A DNA stretch of 64,000 nt from assembly GCA_964538515.1 (NCBI GenBank), contig CAZIEW010000004.1:10583-74582 (forward strand), in the 5' to 3' direction. The notes beneath the pieces were generated by a model. The model saw nothing but the letters and a program-made list of their open reading frames with translations, was not told the origin of the DNA and searched no databases. The position numbers were made by a program, and so were the translations under genes. The stretch is from an uncultured Syntrophobacteraceae bacterium (GTDB taxonomy: Bacteria; Desulfobacterota; Syntrophobacteria; Syntrophobacterales; Syntrophobacteraceae). Shown in pieces: positions 62,642 through 64,000 of the stretch (the stretch's first letter is position 1; each line of letters starts with the position of its first letter).

Positions 62642-63217
62642 CTACCAGTTTTCGCAGAGGATTTCGTAATGATCGCGCGGATGGTCGCATGCCGGGCAGA
62701 CTTCGGGAGCCTCATTGCCTTCGTGCAGATACCCACAATTGATGCATCGCCAGACAACCTTTGTGTCGCGCTTGAACACCGTGCCGTTCTTGACGTTGGC
62801 GGCGAGCCCCAAATAGCGCTTCTCATGCTGCTTTTCGGCCACAGCGATCGCTCGAAAGACCTCGGCGATGTCTTTGAAGCCTTCCCCATCCGCCACCTTG
62901 GCGAACTCCGGATACATCTCGGAATATTCGTAATGCTCGCCTGCCGCCGATTCCTTCAGGTTGTCGAGGGTCCCGCCGATCACACCCGCGGGGAAGGAAG
63001 CCGTGATGCTCACCTCTCCACCCTCCAGAAACTTGAAGAGCCTCTTGGCGTGCTCCTTTTCCTGGTTAGCGGTTTCTTCAAAGATAGCCGCAATTTGCAC
63101 ATATCCTTCTTTCTTCGCCTTGCTGGCGAAGTAGGTGTACCGATTTCTTGCCTGGGATTCGCCGGCAAAAGCGGTGAGCAGGTTGATCTCCGTCTTCGTC
63201 CCTTTGAGACTTGGCAT
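62642..63217 (-). CDS. rbr: Rubrerythrin
   Basis: AAGGAGG RBS. GESQARNRY and EKEH/EKQH diiron helices, plus a C-terminal rubredoxin-like CINCG...CPAC. Confidence 0.95.
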   Translation of the reverse strand: MPSLKGTKTEINLLTAFAGESQARNRYTYFASKAKKEGYVQIAAIFEETANQEKEHAKRLFKFLEGGEVSITASFPAGVIGGTLDNLKESAAGEHYEYSEMYPEFAKVADGEGFKDIAEVFRAIAVAEKQHEKRYLGLAANVKNGTVFKRDTKVVWRCINCGYLHEGNEAPEVCPACDHPRDHYEILCENW

Positions 63218-63384
63218 GCAGTCCTCCTTTTCGTTGCTGGTATCAAATGATTGGGAGCCGATTCGTTTTGCGGCTTGTTTTGCGGTGACAGACCGGTGCC
63301 AGGCCGGTAAACTCCGTCCGCATTCTGTGATGTGTATCATCATGTGCATCGATCGGGGTTCCGTCAAGCTCAAAACCCCTTTTA

Positions 63385-63401
63385 TTGCGAATGATTTGCA
63401 A
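63385..63401. promoter_or_regulatory. 17-bp near-palindrome TTGCGAAT-G-ATTTGCAA upstream of rbr; candidate Fur-family (PerR-like) operator
   Basis: 8-1-8 inverted repeat with 7/8 arm match, ~170 nt upstream of the rbr ATG, in the rbr/miaA divergent spacer. Confidence 0.3.
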
Positions 63402-63510
63402 CGGTCGGGGAAATGACACGCATCCGCCGGCACGGTGCAGGTCCGCTAAAGGCTTGGAACGCGCAGAAGAGCTGGTGAGCGCACCGTCATCTGCTTTCGA
63501 AGGCTCGTGA

Positions 63511-64000
63511 ATGGAATCGACGCTTGCAAACCATGCCGGACGCAACATTCCCGTGATCCTCCTGGCAGGTCCCACCGGCGTGGGGAAAACCGCCCTCGCC
63601 ATCAAGCTCGCTCAACGGCTGGGCACCGAGATCATCAATGCTGATTCCCTGCAGGTTTACCGCCATATGGATATTGGCACCGCCAAGCCAACCCCTGATG
63701 AGCAGCGCGCGGCACGGCACCATCTTTTGGACGTGGTTTTCCCGGACGAGCCCTTCGATGCCGCCCGTTATGCCGCGCTCGCCCGTCCCATCGTCCACGA
63801 GATGCAGCAATCGGGACGTCCCCCGCTGGTCGTGGGGGGAACGGGCCTCTATATAAAAACGCTGACCAAGGGCATTTGCCCCGGGCCTCCTTCAGATCCC
63901 GTGGTTCGCAGAGGGCTGCTGGAGGAGATCGAGACGGTGGGAACGGCTGGGCTCCACCGGAAGCTCATGGAGGTCGACCCGCCCATGGCGGCGCGACTGC
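63511..64000 (+). CDS. miaA: tRNA dimethylallyltransferase, N-terminal part (runs off the right edge)
   Basis: My translation from ATG 63511: MESTLANHAGRNIPVILLAGPTGVGKTALAIKLAQRLGTEIINADSLQVYRHMDIGTAKPT...VVGGTGLY. It is not in the ORF track because it has no stop in the window. Confidence 0.9.
   Translation, partial: MESTLANHAGRNIPVILLAGPTGVGKTALAIKLAQRLGTEIINADSLQVYRHMDIGTAKPTPDEQRAARHHLLDVVFPDEPFDAARYAALARPIVHEMQQSGRPPLVVGGTGLYIKTLTKGICPGPPSDPVVRRGLLEEIETVGTAGLHRKLMEVDPPMAARL

Overview
About 60% GC chromosomal window. The gene content fits an anaerobic, sigma-54-rich deltaproteobacterium-like (Desulfobacterota) genome. All calls come from reading motifs in the supplied translations and the DNA; no searches were run. 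I support about 55 protein genes and one tRNA. From left to right: a partial MMPL exporter; a complete mrpABCDEFG Na+/H+ antiporter operon (mrpA has a frame break) coupled to ilvA; envelope and sugar genes (two L,D-transpeptidase-like lipoproteins, glutaminyl cyclase, ugd, rfbC); a Ski2-like helicase; a pseudo-receiver Ser/Thr kinase; an OFA-type MFS transporter; a 1,052-aa secreted FecR-like protein with Asn-rich, RPVRPG-repeat and very long poly-Gln tandem-repeat regions; an NtrC/HK pair; initiator tRNA-fMet; a CDF transporter; a PEP-utilising enzyme; a sigma-54-driven usp/small-TM/TauE/lipoprotein operon next to a dense block of 3 histidine kinases and 4 response regulators; a PH-like/MoeA-PBP/radical-SAM operon; a lytic transglycosylase; a ClC channel; a sod/flavodiiron/rubrerythrin oxidative-stress cluster; and the start of miaA. 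Most of the window is ordinary core genome. The items most worth a second look are: (1) an isolated, AT-richer 1,032-aa gene fusing a degenerate PHP-like domain to an SMC/ABC-type coiled-coil ATPase, a candidate single-gene defence module that resembles PplA from memory; (2) a ~75-nt structured element present twice (884-958 and 19205-19280), each upstream of a minus-strand gene, with one compensatory stem change; (3) the prion-like N/Q-rich giant protein and its unstable-looking CAG/CAA repeats; (4) the sigma-54 TauE operon with tandemly duplicated HK-RR modules. Many long ORFs in the track are antisense shadows typical of high-GC DNA and were rejected.
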